The notes below the pieces were generated by a model that saw only the letters and a program-made list of their open reading frames with translations, did not search any database and was not told the DNA's origin. DNA of 64,000 bases from a virus: the IMG/VR virus record IMGVR_UViG_3300036987_000538, positions 2,877 to 66,876 of that record. The stretch is one strand, 5' to 3'. The position numbers and the translations under genes were made by a program. This document shows positions 27,304 through 36,190 of this stretch, one piece after another. Positions within the stretch are counted from its first letter, which is position 1, and the number at the start of each line of letters is the position of its first letter.

Positions 27304-29963
27304 TTCTTAGGCTTGGCAGACTTCGCCTTGGCCTGCGTCGCCTTCACCTTGCGGTCAGCGGCAGCGTTGGCGTTGGCCTGCTTGCGCTCAGCCACGCGCT
27401 CATGGCGATCGAACTCGGATTGCTCAGCCTGAGCTGTGCGGTCATGCACAGCGTCTTCACGAGACGCCGCAAACTCCCGCTCCGCATGCTGTGCGCTGTG
27501 CGCCGCGTCCTGCCGGCCCGCGACAAACTCGCGCTCAGATTGCTGGTGCTGCGTGGCTGCGTCGTCGCGTCCGGCGACAAACTCCTGCTCGCGCATGGCC
27601 TGGTCATGCTGCTGTGCGTGCTGCTCCAGCGCTGCATTTTGCTGCATCTCCTCGGATTGCAGGCTGAGCTGCGCCTGCTGGCCAGCCGCCTGCGTGTCGA
27701 TTTGCTTTTCCTTGAGACGGACGTTCTCGACCGCCTCAAACTCCTTGCGCTCAAGGTCACGATTGCGGCTCTGCGCAGTCGAGTTTTCCTTGCCCTGCAG
27801 GATGCCGAGCTTCTGCTTTTCGAGTTCCAGCTTGAGCTTTTCGATCTCCAGCTTCTGCTGATCGAGCGCCAAGCGCTGCTTCTCGATGTCGTGCTCCATC
27901 TGGTTCATGCCGGCTTCGCTGCCGCCGCCTTCGCCCTGCGGCGTGCCGAGGCCAGTCTTGGCGAGCTGGTCGACCATGCGCTCGATGTCGGCCTCGAGTC
28001 CGCGGCCGACCTTGAACTTGCGCACGGCGAAAAGCATGATCTTGGCGAGCATCGGCCCTGCGAGCGGCGCCTGCTGAATCATCGCAACGCCGTTCTGCAG
28101 GTACGTGCTGAGCACCGTTAGGAACTCGGTCGCTTCCTGCTTGTCGCCGGTGATTGCCTCGTCGGCCAACGTGTCGGTGTCGATCTTGACGGCGAGCAGG
28201 CGCAGCGGTTCATTGCGCAGCAGCGCAAGCGACGCTTGCCAGCGGGCCTCGTCGAACAGGCCGTCAGGCCCAATGAATACGCTCTCGGCGCCCGACATCT
28301 GTTTGATGTTCTCGTCGCTGTAGAGTGTGCAGACGATCTCGGCGATGACGCGCAGAACTTCACGCACGTGCCGAGCGACGACGGTCTGGCGCTCTTTAAG
28401 GCGAGCGTTGGCGAAGTTGCCCTTGAGCTTCTGCGCCGATGCGGTTTCGCGAGGGTCGCTGGCGCCGCGCACGATGTCGCTGATGCCAGTGATCTCGTAA
28501 AGCTCTTGAACGAGCGCCGTACGGACGTTGTAAAGCTCGCGCAGTGTCTTAACGATCGAGTCAAGCGGAAGGTACTCGACGCTCTTGGACAGCCCGCCGC
28601 CCTCTTGGAAGCGCGACCAGTTGCGAACGGGAATCATGATGTTCCCGCGCGTGGAGTCCGTGACTTTCTTCATCTCCTCGCCGGCTTCGGCGTCGTACAC
28701 GCCAGCGACGCGCAGACAGTCAGTCAGCAGCGAGATGCGGAAAGTGACTTCGTCCAGCTCAATGGCGATGTCCTGCCACTGCGTGTAGTCGGGGACCGGC
28801 AGCAGCGTGTCATTGGTCATGGTCCCGTACATCGGCTTGGCGCACGGGAAAAAGCCCTCCAGCTGCAGAGGGTCGTCTTTCGTGTCGAGCACCCTCTCGG
28901 CGTAGTCGGGGCAGATCCAAATCACCTTGCGGGCGACGCGGTCCCAAATTTCATAGATCACGGCGCGCTGGAAGGTGCCGCGGAAGTCGTCGGTATTGCC
29001 GGCCTTGTGCCGCGGGTTCGCGGCCTCACGGCTGCTGAGGGGAATCGCATTCCCGAGCTTCTTGCCGAAGCGCGCGATCAGCTCGCTGCGCAGCATGGGG
29101 ATGCGTCGGGCAACCCACGGCACATGCCGCCAGCGGGTCGCTACGCCGTGCAGGAAGTCCTTTGCGTTGACGGACTCCAAGATCGTGCGCTCGCCGATCT
29201 TGTACTCGTACTTTTCCTTGTAGTAGCGACCTTCCTCGTCGGTGTGCTCCTCGTAGGCCGGGCGCTGGCCGTCATCGTCGGCGTCGGCGTACTCGTCCTC
29301 CGGCGCGGTCTGGCCGTCGCTGAGGCGGGTCTTGGTGTCGGACTCGCGAACGGCGAACTCGGGCATATAGGTGACCCAAGACGTGCCGCGGCCGGCGAGG
29401 ATGTAATCGTCAGTCGTCTCGCTCGTGGCGTCGTAGAACTGATCCGACTGCGCGATCGTCGTCAGGAGGCGCTGCAACACAAGGGCAGCGTCGCGCGCGA
29501 CCGGCGCGTTGTCGTCGTGAATGCGCGAGATGTACGGATTGGGAAACGCCGAGAACAGCAGCGGCTTGAGCGTCTGTTTCATCGACCAAAGCGCGTTGTA
29601 GCGGCGGCTCTGGTTGTTTGCCGCCTTCACGCCATCGTCGCCGGCACTGGCCACGCGCTCGTCGCGGTAGCGCTCGAAAATCTTGTCGATGCGCTCGTGG
29701 TACTTCTCGAACACCTTGTCGGCGTTCTGGATCTCAAGCACCCAGCGGCGCAGCTCTGCGCGCTCGGGTGGCTCGTTGTCCCGGTGGAGATCCGCCTTGG
29801 ACTCCATCTGCAGGGAAGTGTTTTCGCTTTCGAGCACGCCGCGCGCCCCTCGTTTTATGGCCAACTGGCCCATTATACGACAGGCGCTATTTAGTATTTG
29901 ACGACTCGCACAATGCAGCGTAGAACTGGCTTTACTGACGCCGGCTGAAAGGCCGTAGGCCAA
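27300..29963 (-). CDS. portal protein (P22-like) with long Q/E-rich C-terminal helical extension
   Basis: about 650-aa core plus about 230-aa C-terminal Gln/Glu-rich region with three tandem EREFVAGR(D/Q)DAA repeats; true start uncertain (alternative ATGs at 29873 or 29807; an operator/promoter-like motif at 29898-29914 lies inside the longest ORF). Confidence 0.6.
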   Translation of the reverse strand: MAYGLSAGVSKASSTLHCASRQILNSACRIMGQLAIKRGARGVLESENTSLQMESKADLHRDNEPPERAELRRWVLEIQNADKVFEKYHERIDKIFERYRDERVASAGDDGVKAANNQSRRYNALWSMKQTLKPLLFSAFPNPYISRIHDDNAPVARDAALVLQRLLTTIAQSDQFYDATSETTDDYILAGRGTSWVTYMPEFAVRESDTKTRLSDGQTAPEDEYADADDDGQRPAYEEHTDEEGRYYKEKYEYKIGERTILESVNAKDFLHGVATRWRHVPWVARRIPMLRSELIARFGKKLGNAIPLSSREAANPRHKAGNTDDFRGTFQRAVIYEIWDRVARKVIWICPDYAERVLDTKDDPLQLEGFFPCAKPMYGTMTNDTLLPVPDYTQWQDIAIELDEVTFRISLLTDCLRVAGVYDAEAGEEMKKVTDSTRGNIMIPVRNWSRFQEGGGLSKSVEYLPLDSIVKTLRELYNVRTALVQELYEITGISDIVRGASDPRETASAQKLKGNFANARLKERQTVVARHVREVLRVIAEIVCTLYSDENIKQMSGAESVFIGPDGLFDEARWQASLALLRNEPLRLLAVKIDTDTLADEAITGDKQEATEFLTVLSTYLQNGVAMIQQAPLAGPMLAKIMLFAVRKFKVGRGLEADIERMVDQLAKTGLGTPQGEGGGSEAGMNQMEHDIEKQRLALDQQKLEIEKLKLELEKQKLGILQGKENSTAQSRNRDLERKEFEAVENVRLKEKQIDTQAAGQQAQLSLQSEEMQQNAALEQHAQQHDQAMREQEFVAGRDDAATQHQQSEREFVAGRQDAAHSAQHAEREFAASREDAVHDRTAQAEQSEFDRHERVAERKQANANAAADRKVKATQAKAKSAKPKK

Positions 29964-30138
29964 AGTTGCTCAACTGAGGCAGACGCTGAATGTGGTCCCC
30001 ACCACGAGCGAAGCGGCGGCGGTTTGAGCTGGGGTGCGGAGACGCTGACTCTCCAATCCCTCGGACACTGGCACTCCCCCTCGCACATTGCGCCACCGCT
30101 GGCGTCCATGGGCGAGGGGGTCAGTCCAAGGGCAGAAA

Positions 30139-30624
30139 ATGCGCATCTGGTTCGACACAGAATTTATCGAAGACGGCGAGACGATCGACCTGATTTCGAT
30201 CGGCCTCATTCGTGAGGATGGCCGCACCTATTACGCCGAGAGCGCCGAGTGCGCGCTTAGCCTGGCTTGCCCGTGGGTTGAGGCAAATGTGTTTCCCCAC
30301 CTTACCGGCGACCGCAAGAACAAGAGTCGCATCGCCCGAGACATCGTCGAGTTTGCCGGCAGCGATCCCGAGTTTTGGGCGTGGTTCGGCGCTTACGATT
30401 GGGTGTCGCTGTGCCAGCTCTACGGTCGCATGATCGACCTGCCGAAAGATTGGCCCATGTTCGTGCGCGATCTGCGGCAGCACGTGGACGGCACGCCTTG
30501 GCGAGCGCCTGAGCAGCTGAGCATCAAGCATCACGCGCTGAACGACGCCATCTGGACGATGCAGGCGCATGCCGACTTCGACCACCAGTATCTATCGAAA
30601 GTGCTCCGCTCCGGCGTCCGGTAA
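30139..30624 (+). CDS. DEDDh-family 3'-5' exonuclease (DnaQ/oligoribonuclease-like)
   Basis: Exo I motif MRIWFDTEFIEDG; Exo III motif HHALNDAIW. Confidence 0.55.
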   Translation: MRIWFDTEFIEDGETIDLISIGLIREDGRTYYAESAECALSLACPWVEANVFPHLTGDRKNKSRIARDIVEFAGSDPEFWAWFGAYDWVSLCQLYGRMIDLPKDWPMFVRDLRQHVDGTPWRAPEQLSIKHHALNDAIWTMQAHADFDHQYLSKVLRSGVR

Positions 30625-30634
30625 CAGGAGTTAC
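30621..30634. repeat. motif A variant GTAACAGGAGTTAC
   Basis: 4 nt upstream of the ATG at 30639. Confidence 0.7.
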
Positions 30635-30638
30635 TCTG

Positions 30639-31021
30639 ATGGGAGATTCCATGCCGTGGTTTTTGCAGTGGCGCAGACTGCTCTGGATCTATCGCAGCGC
30701 CTCTGGCGGCGTATGTGTTGTCCTCGCTGGCCGATGGTTTCACATCCAGCGGCTGCGGCTCGACGATCCTTTCCGTGTGGCTGCGGTCACCGATCGCCAT
30801 GCTCCGATTTCTCCCCTGGAGCAGTATTTCAATGCAGTGCCTGCCATAGCGTCTATGCAGCCGTCCGCGCTCAACGCGGCGCGCTTGTCTGGATCACCGT
30901 CGACTCCGAAGACGTCGACTTTCACCAGCTGGTGGGTGCGCCTTGCACAGCGTGCAATGGCGAAGGTGTGGCGGGCGAAGACGAATGCGCCACGTGCGCC
31001 GGAACTGGAGTGAAGAAATGA
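30639..31021 (+). pseudogene. zinc-ribbon protein, frameshifted paralogue of 31018-31341
   Basis: N-terminal half in the frame from 30639 (SD AGGAG inside the palindrome) is homologous to the N-terminus of the downstream gene; the C-terminal CTACNGEG...CATCAGTGVKK is in the -1 frame ending at 31021. Confidence 0.4.
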
Positions 31022-31341
31022 GCGACGCCGATAACGCCAGCATGGCCGATAAGGTGCTTGTTATCGACTACACGAACCACCGCGGCGAACGCGGGCGTCG
31101 GCGCATCGTGCCGACTAGGTTCTTTTTTGGGAGCAATATCTATCACCCGGAGCCTCAGTATCTCCTAGAGGCGTACGACCTCGATAAAGCGAGTCCTCGC
31201 TCATTTGCTGTGCTCCAAATCCACTCGTTTGGCCGGATGTGTCCGACGTGCAAGGGCAACGGCGCCAAGACGTGCGAAGTCGACGGCATGGGGCTGCTTT
31301 GCGGCGACTGCGACGCAACGGGAGTGAAGAAAAATGGATAA
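31018..31341 (+). CDS. small zinc-ribbon protein (CPTC...CGDC, C-terminal TGVKK)
   Basis: ATGA overlap with the upstream gene; C-terminal motif conserved with it. Confidence 0.45.
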   Translation: MSDADNASMADKVLVIDYTNHRGERGRRRIVPTRFFFGSNIYHPEPQYLLEAYDLDKASPRSFAVLQIHSFGRMCPTCKGNGAKTCEVDGMGLLCGDCDATGVKKNG

Positions 31342-31516
31342 CGAAATGCGTCTTGTGATCGGCTGCTTTGCGGTCGGCGTTGGCGTCTTGTTCGGCGGCG
31401 TGTTCGTCGGCGGCATGTTCGGCGGCACGGCCGCGGCGGGATTCCTCGCCGCCTCATGCGCCGTCATCGCGTGGCGCTTGCTGGTTGGCAACAACCATAA
31501 AGCGCAGGGGAAGTGA
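31334..31516 (+). CDS. small Gly-rich membrane peptide
   Basis: GCFAVGVGVLFGGVFVGGMFGG TM segment. Confidence 0.35.
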   Translation: MDNEMRLVIGCFAVGVGVLFGGVFVGGMFGGTAAAGFLAASCAVIAWRLLVGNNHKAQGK

Positions 31517-31518
31517 CG

Positions 31519-31845
31519 ATGGCGCGGTTTGAAGTCAAGAGCGACCGCAGCAAGCCGTGGGGGTACGTGATTGTCGACGCTCAGGGTGAGTGGGATGCGG
31601 AGAGCTTCACCAACTACAAGTCGGCCAAGCGCCGGGCGAAGCACTTGAACGAACTGCACGCGGTGCCGGAGGTTCACGAGCCGACAGAGGCAGAACGACT
31701 CAACGCTCGCGTCGCGGAGCTTGAGGAAACGCTGCGGCATATCGTTTCCGCCGCACTTCGCAACAACGGGCCGCTCGCGCGCGATCACGACCACGATCAA
31801 GTGACGACAATCGGCTACGCCGCCGAGAACGCCTTGGAGGGGTGA
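31519..31845 (+). CDS. hypothetical protein
   Basis: SD GGGGAAG before ATG. Confidence 0.35.
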   Translation: MARFEVKSDRSKPWGYVIVDAQGEWDAESFTNYKSAKRRAKHLNELHAVPEVHEPTEAERLNARVAELEETLRHIVSAALRNNGPLARDHDHDQVTTIGYAAENALEG

Positions 31846-31847
31846 CG

Positions 31848-32063
31848 ATGGACGACGGACGCTGCCACATCTGCCGCAGAGTGCCGCACCGGGAATCGGA
31901 GCTGTACGGTATCACGACGTGCGTCGACTGCGACGAGTCGAGGCCGTTGGAGCTGCACTGCCGCGCGATTATCACGGCTGCTCTGCTGACGCCGTTCGTG
32001 ATGGCCGGCGTCGTCGTCGCTATCTTGTTGCTGGCGCTCGCGGTGCAAGCCATCAGCGGCTGA
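31848..32063 (+). CDS. zinc-ribbon protein with C-terminal TM helix
   Basis: CHIC...CVDC plus VMAGVVVAILLLALAV; SD GGAGGGG. Confidence 0.4.
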   Translation: MDDGRCHICRRVPHRESELYGITTCVDCDESRPLELHCRAIITAALLTPFVMAGVVVAILLLALAVQAISG

Positions 32064-32096
32064 ATTTTCCATAACAGCTATTACCGGACGTAAGAA

Positions 32097-32447
32097 ATGA
32101 CGGCCTGCAAGCACCTATATCTCGGCGACTTTGGCTCGTGGGCTGACGTGGCAAAGCAGTTTGAGGCGGACATCGGCGACGAGCCCGAGCTGGCTTACGC
32201 CATCTACGATATAGACGGATACGAGGGTAGCGCGAACGTCGTCTTTCGTCGCGATGGTGTCTGGTACATGGCGAGGGGATCGCACTGCTCGTGCATGGGC
32301 CTAGAGGGGCAATGGGAGCTGGAGTATGCTCCCGTGGGCGATCACTTGCGCGCGCTTGGCGTCGGCAAGTCGATCATCAACTGCTATGCCAACCAAGACT
32401 CCCTCAACTCGTGGCTGCGATGGGCGCTGGAGTTCGCAGACGCATGA
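32097..32447 (+). CDS. hypothetical protein
   Basis: ORF in an operon context. Confidence 0.35.
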   Translation: MTACKHLYLGDFGSWADVAKQFEADIGDEPELAYAIYDIDGYEGSANVVFRRDGVWYMARGSHCSCMGLEGQWELEYAPVGDHLRALGVGKSIINCYANQDSLNSWLRWALEFADA

Positions 32448-32830
32448 GCAGCGCGCTCGTCCAGCTCAACGAGGCATTCATGCGCGGCGTGCGTGGTCGC
32501 ATCATGCCGGACTCCCTCACTGTCTCGCCGGAGCTGTACGCACGCGCGTTCGACGAACAACGCTGGAGCTGCCGCGAACACCACTACTGCGACGCGTTTG
32601 TGCGCAACGGCGAGGAGCGCGAGCACTTCCTATTCAAAGGCGTGCCGGTGTTCCCCGGACGTGTCGACGTCATCGTTCTGATGCACGCGATCTTGCCCGG
32701 CGGTGTGGTGCGCTGGCCTACGTTTCGAGGCGCATGCGAAGCTGACGCGCTGATCGGCGCTTGGCCATGGCTGGCAGCGCGCGGGGCGCGCATCAGTCAT
32801 TGGGAGACGTTTGACGTCGTCGTGGCGTGA
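32444..32830 (+). CDS. hypothetical protein
   Basis: ATGA overlap with the upstream gene. Confidence 0.35.
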   Translation: MSSALVQLNEAFMRGVRGRIMPDSLTVSPELYARAFDEQRWSCREHHYCDAFVRNGEEREHFLFKGVPVFPGRVDVIVLMHAILPGGVVRWPTFRGACEADALIGAWPWLAARGARISHWETFDVVVA

Positions 32831-32842
32831 GCGGGAACATCA

Positions 32843-32856
32843 GTAACAGATGTTAC
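32843..32856. repeat. motif A GTAACAGATGTTAC
   Basis: convergent junction; overlaps the terL stop. Confidence 0.9.
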
Positions 32857-34430
32857 TAGATGCGCTGCGGCGCACCGTTCTGCGCGGCCAGCTCGGCACT
32901 GTGCCGCGCCCACAAGTGATCCATGCTGACGGACTCGATGCCGGCGAGCTGCTTGGGACGCTCGGGCGAGGCGCTCATGTATGGCCGCGACATGCAGAGA
33001 TAACGCAGCGCGTCCGCCCAATGATCCTCGCCGTCCGTGTCGAGATCCTCGGGGTTCAGCCTGTCGTGCTGCAGCGTCGGGATCGTGCGGATGCCGTGGA
33101 TGCAGCTGTCCATGAAAAACAGCATGGGCAGCTTCTTTCCGACTTGCAGCACTTCCTCGCCGCCGAAGCGCGCACGCACGGCATCCCAGCCGCCAAGAGC
33201 ACCGCGGCCGGGCACGCGCTTATTGTCTGCCCTCGCAAAGCCCAACTTGTAGTTGGACGCGCGATAGATGCGCTCGGCGATTGATGGGCCACCATCCGCG
33301 GCGTGCGCCGATGGGTCGATCACGCGGATGCGCACGTTCGGAATCGACTTGTCGACCTCCATGATGTGCGCGGCAACGTCCTCGGCGTACTGGCGCACGC
33401 CCTCGTTCGGCAGGAACTCGCCGTTCTGATCGTTCTTGATGCCGTACAGCTCGCGCTCGATCACGATGGCGCCGCGGGGGATGATGTGACCGTCCGGCGC
33501 CGTCCATGTCTCGCTGGCGATGGCGCCCCAAAGGAAGGCGTAAGGCTTGGCGCTGCCCCAATCGCCGGCACACACGCGAATCCAGTGCTCGGGCAGCTCG
33601 CACTGGCGCACGACGTGGGTGCCCATGTCGAAGCCGTCGAAGAATGCGCCGTCGATGATGTTCCAGTCGCCGTACAGCCACGCCTTTACGAGCGCGTCAC
33701 TGCCCGACTGCGCGATGCGCGCGATGTAGAGCGGGTCAGCTTCGAGCAGCTTCTTATTGTCGAACACGAGGCTCGGGATAAAGATGCGCGTCGAGTCGAG
33801 GCCGGTGTACTTGTCGCGATCGACGATCTTTTTCCAGCCGAGCGGCGCCGGGTCGATGTACCGCTTTTTGACGATGTTATGGCCTGGTCCGCCCGGGTTC
33901 ATCGTCACCGTGAAGCACGTCGGCACGCCCGCGGTGCTGCGCAGCGTCGCCTTGAGCTTCAGCAGCGAGAGGAAATTCGGGAAGTTGGTCCCTTCCTCAA
34001 TGCAGACGTCGGTGAGCGACCAGCCCTGCGTCTTCTCGACGTCGTCCTCTTTGTCGAAGTGACGGAAAATGACTTCGGCACCGTTGTTGAACGTCCACTT
34101 TTTCTTGGAGTCGACGTACTCGGCACCGAGCGGGCCAAAGATCTGCTTGCTGCGCGAGATCACCGGCTCCAGCTGCGGAAGCTCGCGGCGGATAAGCAGC
34201 GCCTTTAGGTCTTTGCCGTAGATCTGCGAGCGGATGGCCAGGCGCCCGAGCTGGGCGTCCGTCTTGCCGCCGCCGCGGGAGCCGCCGTATGCAATCTCCT
34301 CGATCGGGCAATGCACGAACGCGGTCTGACCGCCCGCCTGGGGTGACCAGACGCAATTGGAGTCAGCGGCGAATTTCTCTTTGTCGGTCTGCGTAGTCGA
34401 TTTGCTCATGCACCGTATTTTACGGCACAC
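32856..34430 (-). CDS. terL: terminase large subunit
   Basis: Walker A GGSRGGGKT; nuclease-domain acidic residues (AGDWG); start either GTG at 34430 or ATG at 34409. Confidence 0.85.
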   Translation of the reverse strand: MCRKIRCMSKSTTQTDKEKFAADSNCVWSPQAGGQTAFVHCPIEEIAYGGSRGGGKTDAQLGRLAIRSQIYGKDLKALLIRRELPQLEPVISRSKQIFGPLGAEYVDSKKKWTFNNGAEVIFRHFDKEDDVEKTQGWSLTDVCIEEGTNFPNFLSLLKLKATLRSTAGVPTCFTVTMNPGGPGHNIVKKRYIDPAPLGWKKIVDRDKYTGLDSTRIFIPSLVFDNKKLLEADPLYIARIAQSGSDALVKAWLYGDWNIIDGAFFDGFDMGTHVVRQCELPEHWIRVCAGDWGSAKPYAFLWGAIASETWTAPDGHIIPRGAIVIERELYGIKNDQNGEFLPNEGVRQYAEDVAAHIMEVDKSIPNVRIRVIDPSAHAADGGPSIAERIYRASNYKLGFARADNKRVPGRGALGGWDAVRARFGGEEVLQVGKKLPMLFFMDSCIHGIRTIPTLQHDRLNPEDLDTDGEDHWADALRYLCMSRPYMSASPERPKQLAGIESVSMDHLWARHSAELAAQNGAPQRI

Positions 34431-34446
34431 GCTCGATCGTTTCGGG

Positions 34447-34483
34447 AATCACGAAAAAGGCGGCAGCGCTGAGCGCCACCGCC
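34447..34483 (-). terminator. probable intrinsic terminator just upstream of terL
   Basis: minus strand GGCGGTGGCGC-TCAG-GCGCTGCCGCC (2-nt mismatch) followed by TTTTTCGTG. Confidence 0.45.
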
Positions 34484-34510
34484 AAGTTTGGGAGTGCAGG
34501 CGTTATTGGA

Positions 34511-35028
34511 CTAGTCGGCCTTTGCGCAGAGCATTTCGAGGCGCGCTACGGCTTCGAGGGCCGCAAGGCTGTCCATTGAGACGAGGACGCCCTCGGGCGG
34601 CTCACCGGCGAACGCGTCATGCAGCGCCGTGCGCACGCGGTCGCAGCGGCGCTCGATCTTGCGTAGCGCCCTGCGTTGCCGCCACGTGAGGCGACGCGTG
34701 AAGCCGCCGTTGCGCAGCAGCTCCTCGAAGCGGCGCATCGTGGCGTCAACGGGCGCCGTGGCGGCAGGCGCCGGCTCAGCCTTGGCGTCAGACTTCGCCT
34801 CGGTTTTGGCAGGCTCAGGCTTCGCTGCGGCCTTCTCCTTGGCCTCCCGCTCCTCGCGCTCTTTCTTCTGCTTCTCGATGCGCTCGCGGATCTCACGCTT
34901 GCGCTTGTCGGCCTCGCTCTCGCTTGCGGGCTTCGCCTGCGGAGCTGGCAAGCCCGGCAGCGGCTTCTGTGAGCCGTTCGGGCGCGGCGGGTCGGGCACT
35001 CGGGCTCCGTTTCCGGTCTGCGCCATTA
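34511..35028 (-). CDS. Lys/Glu-rich protein (172 aa)
   Basis: AAGGAG-N8-ATG; TAATG overlap with the upstream gene. Confidence 0.35.
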
Positions 35029-35370
35029 CTCGTTCTCCTTGATCTTTGAAGCGGCCTTGCTGATGTCGGCGGCGACGCGTGCGTCCACCTTCTCGAGTCG
35101 GCCAAGGCAATACTTTGAGCCGTACTTGTCGGGGTCGGGGTAAAACTCCCCGAGCGCCATGCGCAGCTCACGCAAAGCAACCGTGACGCGCGCCTGCAGC
35201 GCATGCAGGCCAGCGCGGGTGTGCGGTAACACGGTGTTACCGACGCCGGCCATCTTGCACTCGTACGTGATGCTCGGGTCGACTTCGACCTCGCGCCCCG
35301 CCGCCTTAAGCCGCCCTACGAAATTCTCAGGCGGGATCAGCGTCCCCATCGTGTCGTTGCTCACCCACAT
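35026..35370 (-). CDS. hypothetical protein containing an in-frame palindrome (GNTVLP)
   Basis: ORF; GTAACACGGTGTTAC at 35226-35240 encodes GNTVLP. Confidence 0.35.
   Translation of the reverse strand: MWVSNDTMGTLIPPENFVGRLKAAGREVEVDPSITYECKMAGVGNTVLPHTRAGLHALQARVTVALRELRMALGEFYPDPDKYGSKYCLGRLEKVDARVAADISKAASKIKENE
35226..35240. repeat. motif A (15-mer) GTAACACGGTGTTAC, intragenic
   Basis: in frame, encodes GNTVLP. Confidence 0.7.
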
Positions 35371-35860
35371 CCCCCGTGGTGGTTACTTCGGAAAATTCGG
35401 CGTCCTCAGCCTCGTCAGCGTCGTCGCCCTTCGGGCCTTCGAGCTTGGGCGCAAAGCGCCGGTGCCACTCGTCGGCGCTCAGCTTGTAGTCGGGCACTGC
35501 GCCAATCACTTTCAGGTTGTGATTGTGCGTGACCTCGACCTCTTTGTTCATCTTGAGCCGGCGTTCCATCATGAACGTCAGCACGCGGCTATCGCCCGCC
35601 AGCGCGCTTGCGTGCGCGGCCTGCCGCAGCTCCAGCTCGCCCGTGCCCTTGGCGCCGTGGTAAGCGTCGCGCACCAGCGGATCGCCCTCGATCGCGGCGC
35701 GCATCCAATCGTCGGACACGCCGAAGAACTCAGCCATCGCCTTGATGGGCGTGCCAACCTGAGCCATGACTTTGAGCTGCTCGACGCCGGCCGGCGACAT
35801 CCGGTAAGCGGTGTTGCCGGCGACCGCGACGACTTCAATGCTGCCTGCGCGCGGGGTCAT
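35327..35860 (-). CDS. putative terminase small subunit / HTH DNA-binding protein
   Basis: HTH-like IKAMAEFFGVSDDWMRAAIEG; acidic C-terminus; sits in the packaging block. Confidence 0.4.
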   Translation of the reverse strand: MTPRAGSIEVVAVAGNTAYRMSPAGVEQLKVMAQVGTPIKAMAEFFGVSDDWMRAAIEGDPLVRDAYHGAKGTGELELRQAAHASALAGDSRVLTFMMERRLKMNKEVEVTHNHNLKVIGAVPDYKLSADEWHRRFAPKLEGPKGDDADEAEDAEFSEVTTTGDVGEQRHDGDADPA

Positions 35861-36176
35861 TAACGAACTCTCGTGTTGGGTTTGAACTCCTGCGCACGCT
35901 GCGCCAACAGCTCAAGCGCGCGCTCGATGCGCTCCAGGCGCTTGTCGATTGTGCCGAAATTGCTGTCCAACACGGCGACGCGGCGGTCGATCTGGCCGAC
36001 GTCGCGCAGCTGCGCTTTCAGCTCGGCGATGTCTTGCGCGCTTCGCTCAACCGTCCCAGCCAGCATGCCGTACGCAATGCTGGCAGCGATGATGGCCGCG
36101 ACCGGCCCGAACAGGCTCAACGCCATGCGGACGTCAAACACGGGCGGATGCGGGCGCATGGACGAAAGGTCGGTCA
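35860..36176 (-). CDS. membrane protein (TM + coiled coil)
   Basis: MALSLFGPVAAIIAASIAYGML TM; start uncertain (the upstream gene's TAA stop lies within an in-frame AAGGAG SD; GTG about 9 nt downstream of it). Confidence 0.3.
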
Positions 36177-36190
36177 CGACGCAGGACTCC

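Noticed and set aside
34409-34440. TAAAAT -10-like hexamer directly upstream of the terL ATG as a promoter
   Set aside because: It lies only 9 nt from the start codon with no -35. It was not called.
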